A stretch of DNA of 64,000 nt from Candidatus Latescibacterota bacterium. Its GTDB lineage: Bacteria; Latescibacterota; UBA2968; GCA-2709665. Below, one piece after another: positions 20,421 through 29,361 of the stretch. Location of the stretch: assembly GCA_965226795.1 (NCBI GenBank), contig CBDDDZ010000005.1, forward strand, positions 2,528,001 to 2,592,000, given 5' to 3'. A model generated the notes under the pieces. That model ran no database searches. It worked only from the letters and a program-made list of their open reading frames with translations, and was not told where the DNA came from. How positions within the stretch are numbered: the first letter of the stretch is position 1; the number at the start of each line of letters is the position of its first letter. Position numbers and translations under genes: made by a program.

Positions 20421-20459
20421 AAGCTGTCAGCGATCAGTTGTCAGCGGTTAGCAATGTCA
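20421..20459. repeat. Heptamer tandem repeats, GCnnTCA type
   Basis: gctgtca-gcgatca-gttgtca-gcggtta-gc. Confidence 0.55.
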
Positions 20460-20743
20460 AACAGCCCGTCACCGTGATGGAAATCCGAAACCGAGAGCGA
20501 GTTCGGGGTTTATCGCCCTTTACCGCCCGCCTTTCAGTTGGGGGACATGTGCCAAATCCGGGAACTATTCAGGTGTTACGGTGTCTGACGGACAGACTAC
20601 AAAAAAAACGTAATCCAACATGAAAGAATCATGCCGACTACGCCCCGGCGTTTACCAGACATCTAGAATATGAATAAGACATAAAAAAAAACCGGATGAA
20701 CGCTGGAGATTAATATATGGCACACTACCCCTTAGTCCATAGA

Positions 20744-20772
20744 AATTTAGTTGGCCCAGACAAATTTGTCAA
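20744..20772 (-). promoter_or_regulatory. Sigma70-type promoter of the OMP/TBDR operon with overlapping 12-bp palindrome
   Basis: Minus strand TTGACA (20772-20767), 17 nt, TAAATT (20749-20744); A-tract upstream; palindrome GACAAATTTGTC at 20759-20770. Confidence 0.65.
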
Positions 20773-21033
20773 GTTTTTTTTGTTGGCCCGCGGGTGAAAT
20801 GATCTGCTCTGATTTCCGCGTCGACTTCAAAATGACGATTGAAACCGGCACAAAGTTGGCACCCGAATAGATTTGAGCCTTTACAGATCTATCCGGCCGG
20901 TAGCCGGAGAAAAACACGGCGCGATGCCGCAGGCGGATTTTCTCAAGGGGACCACACGAAAACGGACGGATTGCGGGCCAACCGAAATCCGTCCGTGATT
21001 TCGGAGACACTCCGCGCCCGGGGACCTCCGACC

Positions 21034-23445
21034 TTACTTCTCCAGGATCTGAAACCGGCCCTCGCGAACCGTCTGCTGGCCGCTCACGAGATCCTTCACC
21101 GTCATTTTAACCCGGTAGCGCCCGGATTTGCCCTTTCGCAGGTCCAACTCGACGTAGTCGGACTCGTGAGGCGAGGCGCCCACCTGTTTGTAGCTGACCG
21201 ATACCATCTCGCCCGACCCCTTCCGGGCCAGCGTTTTCAGCTTCTTTTTCCCCCTGCGCACCTCGTACCCGACCTCGTAACGGGTGTTACCGAACGCATC
21301 CCGCGTCAAATTGTAGATTTCGAAGTAGACGAAAACCGGATCGCCCGAACGAAACGCCCGGGACGGCGCAGCGGAAATCTGCCATTCCCCCCTTACCGAC
21401 CTGGGGTCTGAATTCGGGCCGGCCTCGCTTACGAGGTAGGCCACCTGCAAATCGCTCAGGAGTAACTGCCCGCCATCGTAGTCGGGTACCTCGACCTCCT
21501 GGTGATATGCCTGAAGCCGGTTGGTATTCAGTCTGGACATCTGTAGCGCCAGCCGATAGGTGCCGGGCGCCGCAGTCAGGTCGACCCGGTCCACGGCCAA
21601 CAACCCCGTGCCTTTTCCGACCGACGATATCCGCACGTCCAGCCGATCCCGTGTCTTCCGCACCTGTTCCGTCCGGTTTTCGATCAGGGCGATGCGCCGG
21701 TCCAGAGTAACCGTTGTGTCGCGGTCTCCGGCCACCAGGACGTTGTCCAGCGGCAGTCCCAGATTCAGTTGAAGGTCCGCCTTTCCGTTGCGCCCCCGGA
21801 ACGTAAGGGCTTCGTAATAGAACTCCATGGGATCCAGATGGGAGATGTCGTATCGCTCGGGCATATCCTTCGAGATTCGCGCGACCCGGGCGCCCGGCGC
21901 CAGGTTGGGCAATCGCGACATCAGGCTGCGCATGGGGCCCATGCGTTGCATGGCGAGCTCGTTCAGATCGTACCCGTCGGGTGTCGGTTCCGGAGCGAAA
22001 TCGTAGATACCACTGTACAATTCATCCGTAAACACGACCTCTAAGCCGTTTGCGATATCCGCATAAATCCAGACCTCCCAGCCCACCTTCGAGTAATCCA
22101 TGCTTGTGGTGACCGGCTTGTAATACGTGAGTCCCACGTCGATTTCCTCAGGGCCGGACAACGGCTTGTGACTGGTCCCCCAGACCGACTGGGAAAGCGC
22201 GCGTTCGGCCGAACGGTCCGACCGAATGGGATACACCGGGCCAATGAAGTTCATATCGTGCCCGTGCTTTCCATAAAGCTGAAACGCCAGTCTTTCCTGT
22301 ACCCGCTGCACCTTGAGCGGCACCTGGGCGTTGATTTGCTTCCTACTTGACTGCCAGTCGGGTTCTCCGTACCTGACGAACACCCGGCCGCGGGCGTCGA
22401 AGGGCCACTTGATCTCACCATACAGGGTCATTGCCCGCCACACACGCCGGTAGTGCTCCACCCGACGCATCGCGCCGCCGCTCGTCTGGAACGGGTCGCG
22501 CTTCAGCCAGAATCGCCTCAGGAACGTCTCCCGCTTCTTCGGTGGCGTGTTCTGAAAGGCCCGGGCATCCTCCGGCGCGGCCACAATGGATATGCCATGA
22601 TATACCGACCGTGCCTTCTCCGGCTGCAGTGAAACATACCGCTCGAACGCCTCGAGGGCCTCTTCGTGATCTCCCCAGGCGGCCAGGACCTGCGCCTCAA
22701 GAGGCAGCCCCCTCTGGGAACCCATCAGCGCCGCCAGTTGCAGCACCTCGTCGTACCGCCCGATCTCCAGAAGATGCAGCGCGAAGTCGAACGCGGATTC
22801 CTCATCTTCGGGGTGGCGCGAGAGGAACTCCTGAAAATACCTGATGGCTTCCCGCGCATTCCCCCGGGACAGATGAAAATCGGCCAGCAGCATGTACGAC
22901 GGCGCGTGGTCCGGGTCGTAACGGAGCGCCTCCCGGACCGAGGCCAAAACCTCGTTCTTCTTGCGCATTTTCAGATATGCCCGTCCCATCAGTTGATGGG
23001 CGTCGACATAGGTGGAATCGATGCGAATGGCGTGTTTGAGGTTCGTCACCGCCCGTTTGGGATTATTCATCAACTCGAGATAAACCCGTCCCAGGCCGTA
23101 CCGCGCCGCCACCAGCGTGGAATCCTCAATCAGCGCGTCTGCGAAACGCGCCCTCGCCCGTTGCGCATCCCTCGCCTTCAGATAGAGCATTCCAAGACGC
23201 ACGCGCAGCAGGGCAGGGTTGGGATACGCTTTCAGGGCTCCTTCCAATTGTCCGATCGCCACCCTTATGGAATCGGGGTGGTCAGACTTCACTGTGCGGA
23301 TGTAGACCGCGTCGACCTCCCTCGGAGAAAGCGCATCCGCCGGGGCAGTTGGCGGGCCCGCCACCATCCACGCCGTCAACATACCAGCCGCGACACCTAA
23401 CCATCTCGGGATACGGGATCGTCTGCTCTCGCGCTGCATCTCCAT
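21034..23445 (-). CDS. GWxTD-domain TPR protein (second paralog)
   Basis: CAGGAGG RBS; signal-like N-terminus; TPRs; FWLKRDP...EHYRRV...PFDARGRVFVRYGEPD; WEVWIY; VYFEIYNL; SGRYRVKMTVKDL. Confidence 0.87.
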   Translation of the reverse strand: MEMQRESRRSRIPRWLGVAAGMLTAWMVAGPPTAPADALSPREVDAVYIRTVKSDHPDSIRVAIGQLEGALKAYPNPALLRVRLGMLYLKARDAQRARARFADALIEDSTLVAARYGLGRVYLELMNNPKRAVTNLKHAIRIDSTYVDAHQLMGRAYLKMRKKNEVLASVREALRYDPDHAPSYMLLADFHLSRGNAREAIRYFQEFLSRHPEDEESAFDFALHLLEIGRYDEVLQLAALMGSQRGLPLEAQVLAAWGDHEEALEAFERYVSLQPEKARSVYHGISIVAAPEDARAFQNTPPKKRETFLRRFWLKRDPFQTSGGAMRRVEHYRRVWRAMTLYGEIKWPFDARGRVFVRYGEPDWQSSRKQINAQVPLKVQRVQERLAFQLYGKHGHDMNFIGPVYPIRSDRSAERALSQSVWGTSHKPLSGPEEIDVGLTYYKPVTTSMDYSKVGWEVWIYADIANGLEVVFTDELYSGIYDFAPEPTPDGYDLNELAMQRMGPMRSLMSRLPNLAPGARVARISKDMPERYDISHLDPMEFYYEALTFRGRNGKADLQLNLGLPLDNVLVAGDRDTTVTLDRRIALIENRTEQVRKTRDRLDVRISSVGKGTGLLAVDRVDLTAAPGTYRLALQMSRLNTNRLQAYHQEVEVPDYDGGQLLLSDLQVAYLVSEAGPNSDPRSVRGEWQISAAPSRAFRSGDPVFVYFEIYNLTRDAFGNTRYEVGYEVRRGKKKLKTLARKGSGEMVSVSYKQVGASPHESDYVELDLRKGKSGRYRVKMTVKDLVSGQQTVREGRFQILEK

Positions 23446-23533
23446 AAACCTCCTGGTCGAACTCGATAATTTATAAGCAAGACGTCAGCGGATCGCCAAG
23501 CTCCACGACTCCACGTCCGTCACACAGCGGCCA

Positions 23534-23688
23534 CACTGTCATGCAGAGGAAGCCGCCAGGTTGCCGATCCGTCCGTCACACGTTGCTCCGCACAGATAAT
23601 CCCGCATGTAAAATGGGACAGACGGGAGATTCTTCGACTGCGCTCAGAATGACGGGTCGGCCTTTCATCAGACATCTGAGATCCCTTC
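23534..23688. repeat. REP-like palindromic element, copy 3
   Basis: cactgtcatgcagaggaagcc ... cgggagattcttcgactgcgctcagaatgac ... gagatcccttc; same orientation as copies 1 and 2. Confidence 0.8.
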
Positions 23689-23840
23689 CGCGATGCCCTC
23701 AATGCGCCGCAAATCACCGGCACGCGGGATACGAATCGACGTTTGCCATTTTAACGAATCAGCGCCGAAAAAGATCGCATGAATTTACCAAAATTACAGA
23801 TCCAGACACAAATGCAAACGTATCGCGAGCGGCGTTAACG

Positions 23841-23871
23841 AAAGGCCCCCGGATGTCTCCGAGGGCTTTTT
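23841..23871. terminator. Intrinsic terminator downstream of the DUF3179 gene (bidirectional type)
   Basis: aaaggcccccgga-tgtc-tccgagggcttttt. Confidence 0.65.
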
Positions 23872-23917
23872 ATCGCCAATAACGCACCTATTTATAGGAG
23901 TACGATCGATCCCTCAC

Positions 23918-25135
23918 TCAGTGAATGCCCAGGTTCTGCCAGAACGTGCCCCAAGCGAACCAGAACCCGTAGTGCGAGGGCAACTGAGTCAGCTTCTTAC
24001 CCTCGTGTGTGCCGGCCACGCCCTCTCCCTTCAGGTTCCAGGTTGTTCCGGTCTCTTTGTCTTTCAGCAGGAACGGATACGCGCTCTGGGTCGAAGTCAC
24101 CCTCTCGAACGTGAGCGTGGTTGCCTGGCCATTCACGTTTATCTCCCGCGAGAAAGGAATGGCCAGCTGGGCATCCCTGTAGTGGACGACCAGGATGGGA
24201 TGCTCATTGGCGCCGTCGACGATCACGTCGTTGATGACGTCTTCGTCGTGCATAGCCTGAAAGGGATAGGCCTTCACCATGTCTCCGAAGCGGACGCCCA
24301 TCGCCAGGTCCTTGGCGCCGAACAGGTCCGACGTGGCTGTGTTCATGTTCGGAAAATTGATATACGAATGCGTCGTCCGATAATCATCTCCCGTGGTGTT
24401 GTCAAAATATGGATACTGGGTGTATTGGCTGATGGGGTAACGGGTTCCGTTTCCGTCGATCACCTTTGTATCGGGATGGATCCGTTTCCAGTATTCCCAG
24501 GTGCACTCGGTCACCGGCAGCAGTTCCAGTTCCTCGCCCAATCGGGGGCCCTGTATCCCCTTATAAATCATCTGCGGGTAAAGCGACTGTCTGTCCCGCC
24601 GGTCGTACATAATCAGGTTGTTGTTGAACAACAGGCCGGACACACCCACGTGTATCCGTTCGCCATCGTCGGCCGCGCCGTCGAACACCATCCCCGTGCC
24701 GGTCAGGGGACAGAGTGTCACGATTACGCTTTCGTCGCCCGCCGTATCATTAATAATCTCGTGCCACCAGCCAATATTGTGCGGATAGGCCCTGGCCTCT
24801 CCATCAATCACAATCCCCATGACAATATCGTGGTCTCGAAGATACCCCGCTCCCGCTGCGCCGACGCTGACGAAATCCGGATCGGTCAGCGCTGGAATAC
24901 AGTCGGCGCCGGCGCAGCCGGATGTTATCGCGTCGAACGGAAATGAAAGCACGTCCAGAAAGTTGCCGCCGGCCATGGGGTTTCGCGCGTGCGCGCTTCG
25001 GCTGGGGCCGTCCGCAATGGTACCCGATCCACCGCCGCCGGTGCCGCCGGTCGGACCGCTAACCGTGTCCCCGCCGCCGCCGCAGGCCGCAAATATCATG
25101 GAAAGAATCAAGGGTAACGAAAAGAGTCGCTTCAT
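23918..25135 (-). CDS. DUF3179-family lipoprotein
   Basis: Lipobox FAAC plus Gly-rich linker; IPALTDP, EARAYP..HEIIND, CPLTG, GVSGLL..NLIMYDR, FWFAW. Confidence 0.88.
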   Translation of the reverse strand: MKRLFSLPLILSMIFAACGGGGDTVSGPTGGTGGGGSGTIADGPSRSAHARNPMAGGNFLDVLSFPFDAITSGCAGADCIPALTDPDFVSVGAAGAGYLRDHDIVMGIVIDGEARAYPHNIGWWHEIINDTAGDESVIVTLCPLTGTGMVFDGAADDGERIHVGVSGLLFNNNLIMYDRRDRQSLYPQMIYKGIQGPRLGEELELLPVTECTWEYWKRIHPDTKVIDGNGTRYPISQYTQYPYFDNTTGDDYRTTHSYINFPNMNTATSDLFGAKDLAMGVRFGDMVKAYPFQAMHDEDVINDVIVDGANEHPILVVHYRDAQLAIPFSREINVNGQATTLTFERVTSTQSAYPFLLKDKETGTTWNLKGEGVAGTHEGKKLTQLPSHYGFWFAWGTFWQNLGIH

Positions 25136-25517
25136 ACCTGACCTCCGGTGGGTGGCCCCGCGGCGCCCGGGAGACGGGCGTTTCGGATTGACTGACAGAA
25201 TTCGTATTTCGGGAAATAATATACCCGGTCCTGCATCGAATGTAAACCTTACTGTATCGGATTGATGGGAAAAGTGGTCGACTGGGTGATTTTCCGGTCA
25301 ATTTATCACACAGAGCACCTTATGGATCACGTGATACTCCTCTGTAGCATGGGCGATAAGTGTCAACTATTAACTGCTCCTGACAATATATGCGTTCGTT
25401 TCGGCAAGCAACGCAAGCAACGCATGAAACAGACGTCATTCGGCCGCAAACGGGATCCCAACCCGCACGCTGACAACGATCCTGAGCCGCTTTCCGAACC
25501 TGTGGCCCGGAGCCCCG

Positions 25518-25583
25518 CCCTGAGCTTGCTCCCTGAGCCTGTCGAAGGGTAGCGAAGCACGAGCATTTCGACAAGCTCAATGA
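25518..25583. repeat. Second REP-like family element (CCCTGAGCCTGTCGAAGGG / TTCGACAAGCTCA)
   Basis: ccctgagcctgtcgaaggg (25531-25549) pairs with ttcgacaagctca (25567-25579); partial extra arm at 25518. Confidence 0.65.
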
Positions 25584-25641
25584 CCCGCGCTTCGTCAATC
25601 TCGCGTTGATCATTTGCACACGATGAAGACCAGGCAGGCGT

Positions 25642-27171
25642 TCACCAGACCCCATCGGACTCCCACAATTCCTGGTGACCGAACGCTCGCGCGAATAGTA
25701 TAAAATCGCCAAATCCGACAACACCGTCCATGTCCAGATCGTATCTGGCATACGGCGATTCCAACCGCCCGATTGTTCGCCCGAACGCCCCGGCGAACAT
25801 CACAAAATCCGCGAAATCCACGCTCTCGCTGTTGTCGAAATCCGCGCTGGCCGACGCCCGCGTCTGCAGGAACAACTGCCATATAAACTGATATATCGGA
25901 TCCTCAATGCGTTTGATCAGGGCATAGGTGACCACCCCCTCGGCAAACCCCTTCCGCATCTGGGAGACCGCCATCCGCACCTTGTCCTGAATCCGCGCCG
26001 GCGTTACCGGCGGCCCGTTTCGTTTCTCGAACTGCGGCCGATTCGCCGCAACCATAACCACCAGCGGCAGGCGGAATCGCCCGGCGCCCCGATAGGCCGG
26101 TAGCGTTGTCACCCGCCAGGGTTCCCGTGTGTCAACCGACCAGCCGCTCTCTCCAGTCAGGCCTTCGAGTTCGATCCCGTAGAATTCCACGTCCACGCCG
26201 AAATTGGATACCGCACTGCGGTCATAGACCCTTAAAACGACCTCGACATCGGTCTTTCCTGCCACATAAGGCGTGACATCGACCACCTCCTCCCGCCACT
26301 CCCGGTTCCCGCCACCCACGTCGTCGTCCCAGGCCAGCTGTCCGTCGACGAGCAGTTGCTTGAAATGATATCCTGTGGTCGGGCCTGTATAGTCGTCACG
26401 CTGCGAGAACCGGACGATATAGCGTTCGCCCGGACTCACCCGCATCCGGCGGCGGATGGATGCGGAGGTTCCGACGACGGACCGCGTATTCCATGGATAC
26501 GAGATCAGGTACCGCTCCGGCTCGTCGACCCGGTCGTTCAGGAAACGCGAGGCCCGCTGTATTACCGCGGCATCCGCGGGATAGGCCGCCACCGCGCCAT
26601 CGATCAGAGGGCCGTAGTCCGTCACGAACTGTATATCGATTTCGGGATAATACATCAGTGGCAGGAATCGCATTCCGGGGTTGAATGTTCTCGCGCGCTC
26701 CACCATGTTCTTCACGTACGCGGGGGTATAAAACGCTGCGTTTGCCATAAAATCGTCGATCACGAACGCCGTGAGGTTCGGATGGATCAGCCCCAGCCTC
26801 GCGATCTCCTCCGCCCACCTCAGGTAGTCCAGGCGAAAGGGCTCCGAATACCGCGTTCCGTAAATCGGCGGACTCTCCGACGGAGGCACCAGATAGGCCC
26901 AGACGTCAATGCCCACCTCCCGCGCCGCCGGCAGAAACAGCTTGAGATCGTCCCAGTCCGTCTCCCGGTGCCATATGAGATAAAAATAGGTATCCACACG
27001 GAGTTGCGTCAGGCGTGCGATCATGCTCTCGACGTCCAGACGCCCGTCACCGCCGCGAAGCTCCGCATTATAGTCCGCGAGCAGGCCGGGATTTTCCAGG
27101 AAACCCTCGCGGGCGCTCGCCCCGGCCGACCCGCAGAACGCGATCAGACCGGACAGGACCCACCACTTCAT
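25642..27171 (-). CDS. Secreted putative glycoside-hydrolase-like TIM-barrel protein with C-terminal dockerin/EF-hand-like pair
   Basis: Signal peptide; VWAYLVPPSE, FVIDDF; tail ADFDNSESVDFADFVMFAGAFG...YDLDMDGVVGFGDFILFARAFG. Confidence 0.7.
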   Translation of the reverse strand: MKWWVLSGLIAFCGSAGASAREGFLENPGLLADYNAELRGGDGRLDVESMIARLTQLRVDTYFYLIWHRETDWDDLKLFLPAAREVGIDVWAYLVPPSESPPIYGTRYSEPFRLDYLRWAEEIARLGLIHPNLTAFVIDDFMANAAFYTPAYVKNMVERARTFNPGMRFLPLMYYPEIDIQFVTDYGPLIDGAVAAYPADAAVIQRASRFLNDRVDEPERYLISYPWNTRSVVGTSASIRRRMRVSPGERYIVRFSQRDDYTGPTTGYHFKQLLVDGQLAWDDDVGGGNREWREEVVDVTPYVAGKTDVEVVLRVYDRSAVSNFGVDVEFYGIELEGLTGESGWSVDTREPWRVTTLPAYRGAGRFRLPLVVMVAANRPQFEKRNGPPVTPARIQDKVRMAVSQMRKGFAEGVVTYALIKRIEDPIYQFIWQLFLQTRASASADFDNSESVDFADFVMFAGAFGRTIGRLESPYARYDLDMDGVVGFGDFILFARAFGHQELWESDGVW

Positions 27172-27274
27172 TGCCTCGCTCCTTGACTAAACGCCCTGTT
27201 CCATTTATTTTATGCCCCCACAGGCAAGCCCGTACACCACCTGGCCTACTTGAATTTAACTACAATCCCGCCAA

Positions 27275-29266
27275 ATGGCACTGCCAAAACCCCAAGAGCC
27301 ACCCTTCGAATCGACAGCCGACCCCCAGGATCGGGGCATCACGCTCCGTTCGGTGGGGATGGGCGTCATTGTATCGGCCCTCACCAGCGGCTGGGTCGCC
27401 TATTCACGCACCGCGGCGGATACGTCGGCGGTCAATATCACACACCTGCCCGTCTCCTTTCTCGCCATCTTCCTTGTCGTCCTCACGATCAACCTGATAC
27501 TTCGCAGGAGGCCCGAATCGGCCAGCCTGGGTCCGTCGGAGATGCTGACGATCATTGCAATGGGCCTTGTCGCCGCGATGATCCCCGCCCGGGGGCTCAC
27601 CGGCATCTGGCTGGGCCTGATGGCCGTTCCGTATTACCGGAGCACGCCCGAAAACGGCTGGATCGACTACATTCAGCCACACCTTCCGGACTATCTCTTC
27701 CCGACCAACGCCAGCCGGCAGACAAGCCTGCTCTACGAAGGGCTGCCGCCGGGCGCGGAAATCCCCTGGAATGTGTGGTACCTCCCGCTCTTCTGGTGGC
27801 TCACGCTCATCCTGGCGGGGTTCACGGTTTGCGCCTGCATCGCCGCGATCCTGCGAAAACAGTGGGTTGAATACGAACGCCTGGACTATCCCCTCCTAGC
27901 GCCCATTCTCGAAACCATCGACGACATCCATGACGCGTCGGGCAAAAACAAATGGCCGGACCTCTTCAAGGGCCACCTCTTCTGGATTGGCTTCTGGATC
28001 GCATTCGGCATTATCGGCTGGAACATTATTTCGTATTTCCAGCCCACGTGGCCCCGCATCAGCGTGAGTCCCAACGGGGGCCTGTTCTACTTTGCCCGGA
28101 TTTTCCCGCCCCTGCTCACCCACATCAATACGTACACGATCGGCTTCGGTTACTTCGTGAAGCTGGAAATCCTCTTCTCGATCTGGTTCTTCCACTTCCT
28201 GCTGATGTCCGAGATCGCCCTGATTCGAAAGACCGGCTTCCAATTCGGCCGCATGCACAAATCCGGCGGCGGATGGGGTGATCCGCTCGTCCAGTGGCAA
28301 TGCCTTGGCGCGCTCTTCGTCTTTGTGGCGTGGGGTTTCTGGTCGGCGCGACACCACCTCCGGGACGTCTTTCGCAAGGCCTTCTTTAATGACCCACGGG
28401 TGGACGATTCCGATGAAATCCTCTCCTACCGCACGGCCGTCATCGGGTTTATTCTGGGCAACCTCTACATTGTCGCTTGGTTGCACCAGGCGGGGATCGA
28501 ACTGGCATTGATGGCCATCACCGTTCCGGCGTCGATCATCATCTACATCGCTCTGGCGCGGTTCGTCTGTGAGTCCGGCACGCTGTACCTGGGCCTTCCG
28601 ACCAGCCCCCTGGACATGGGTTACCAGATCCTGGGAACCGAGACCATTTCCGCTCGGGTCCTTACCGCTTCGGCCACTTCGCACGCGCTGCGATGGATGT
28701 ATTTCATGCCCACCCTCTCCCAGGGGGCGAAAGCCATCGACCGCGTCCGAGGAAAACGGCGCGTCCTGTTCTGGGCCGTCCTCGCCGGACTGCTTACCGC
28801 CCTGGCCGTAAACATCTGGATCGTGCTCTACCTCGGGTATAAGTTCGGCGCATTCAACTTCACGGAGTACCCCTTCACCCGTTACGCCCCCAGCCTTTAC
28901 GACGGCATTGTTTCGAATATCAAATCGCCGGAACCGGCCTCCTGGGAACGCGTCGTGCTATTCGCCTTCGGCGGCATCCTCATGGCGGTCCTCACGCTTC
29001 TGCGCTACCGCCTGCCGTGGTGGCCGCTGCACCCCGTGGGCTTCATCGTCACCACCACCAGCCTCCTGCACGAAATCACCGCCATTCTCATCGTCTGGCT
29101 TTTCAAGGCCATGGTTATGCGCGTTGGCGGGGTACAGCTGTATCGCTATTTCCGTCCTCTTTTCTTCGGAATCATCGTGGGCCGGGCCACCGGTGTTCTG
29201 GTCTCCTTCCTGGTCGATCTGATCTGGTTTCCCGGCGGCGGCCACGGCGTACACGGCTGGTCTTGA
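27275..29266 (+). CDS. DUF6785/DUF6784-family polytopic membrane protein (putative transporter)
   Basis: 663 aa, many TM helices; LRKQWVEYERLDYPL, LRYRLPWWPLHPVGF, GGVQLYRYFRPLFFG. Confidence 0.8.
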   Translation: MALPKPQEPPFESTADPQDRGITLRSVGMGVIVSALTSGWVAYSRTAADTSAVNITHLPVSFLAIFLVVLTINLILRRRPESASLGPSEMLTIIAMGLVAAMIPARGLTGIWLGLMAVPYYRSTPENGWIDYIQPHLPDYLFPTNASRQTSLLYEGLPPGAEIPWNVWYLPLFWWLTLILAGFTVCACIAAILRKQWVEYERLDYPLLAPILETIDDIHDASGKNKWPDLFKGHLFWIGFWIAFGIIGWNIISYFQPTWPRISVSPNGGLFYFARIFPPLLTHINTYTIGFGYFVKLEILFSIWFFHFLLMSEIALIRKTGFQFGRMHKSGGGWGDPLVQWQCLGALFVFVAWGFWSARHHLRDVFRKAFFNDPRVDDSDEILSYRTAVIGFILGNLYIVAWLHQAGIELALMAITVPASIIIYIALARFVCESGTLYLGLPTSPLDMGYQILGTETISARVLTASATSHALRWMYFMPTLSQGAKAIDRVRGKRRVLFWAVLAGLLTALAVNIWIVLYLGYKFGAFNFTEYPFTRYAPSLYDGIVSNIKSPEPASWERVVLFAFGGILMAVLTLLRYRLPWWPLHPVGFIVTTTSLLHEITAILIVWLFKAMVMRVGGVQLYRYFRPLFFGIIVGRATGVLVSFLVDLIWFPGGGHGVHGWS

Positions 29267-29361
29267 ATCTCAACGCTCAAAATCCATTCCTTCCTTGACA
29301 GATCTCCTCGTTTCTGCGTTATTTTTCCGCTAAACAATGCCGGGTAATCTCTCTGGAGGAT

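Noticed and set aside
20845..20861. Sigma54-like GG-N10-GC motif
   Set aside because: It is on the plus strand and points at the 3' end of a minus-strand gene, with no downstream gene.
25404..25424. 9-bp tandem duplication gcaagcaac
   Set aside because: Only about 2.3 copies; could be chance.
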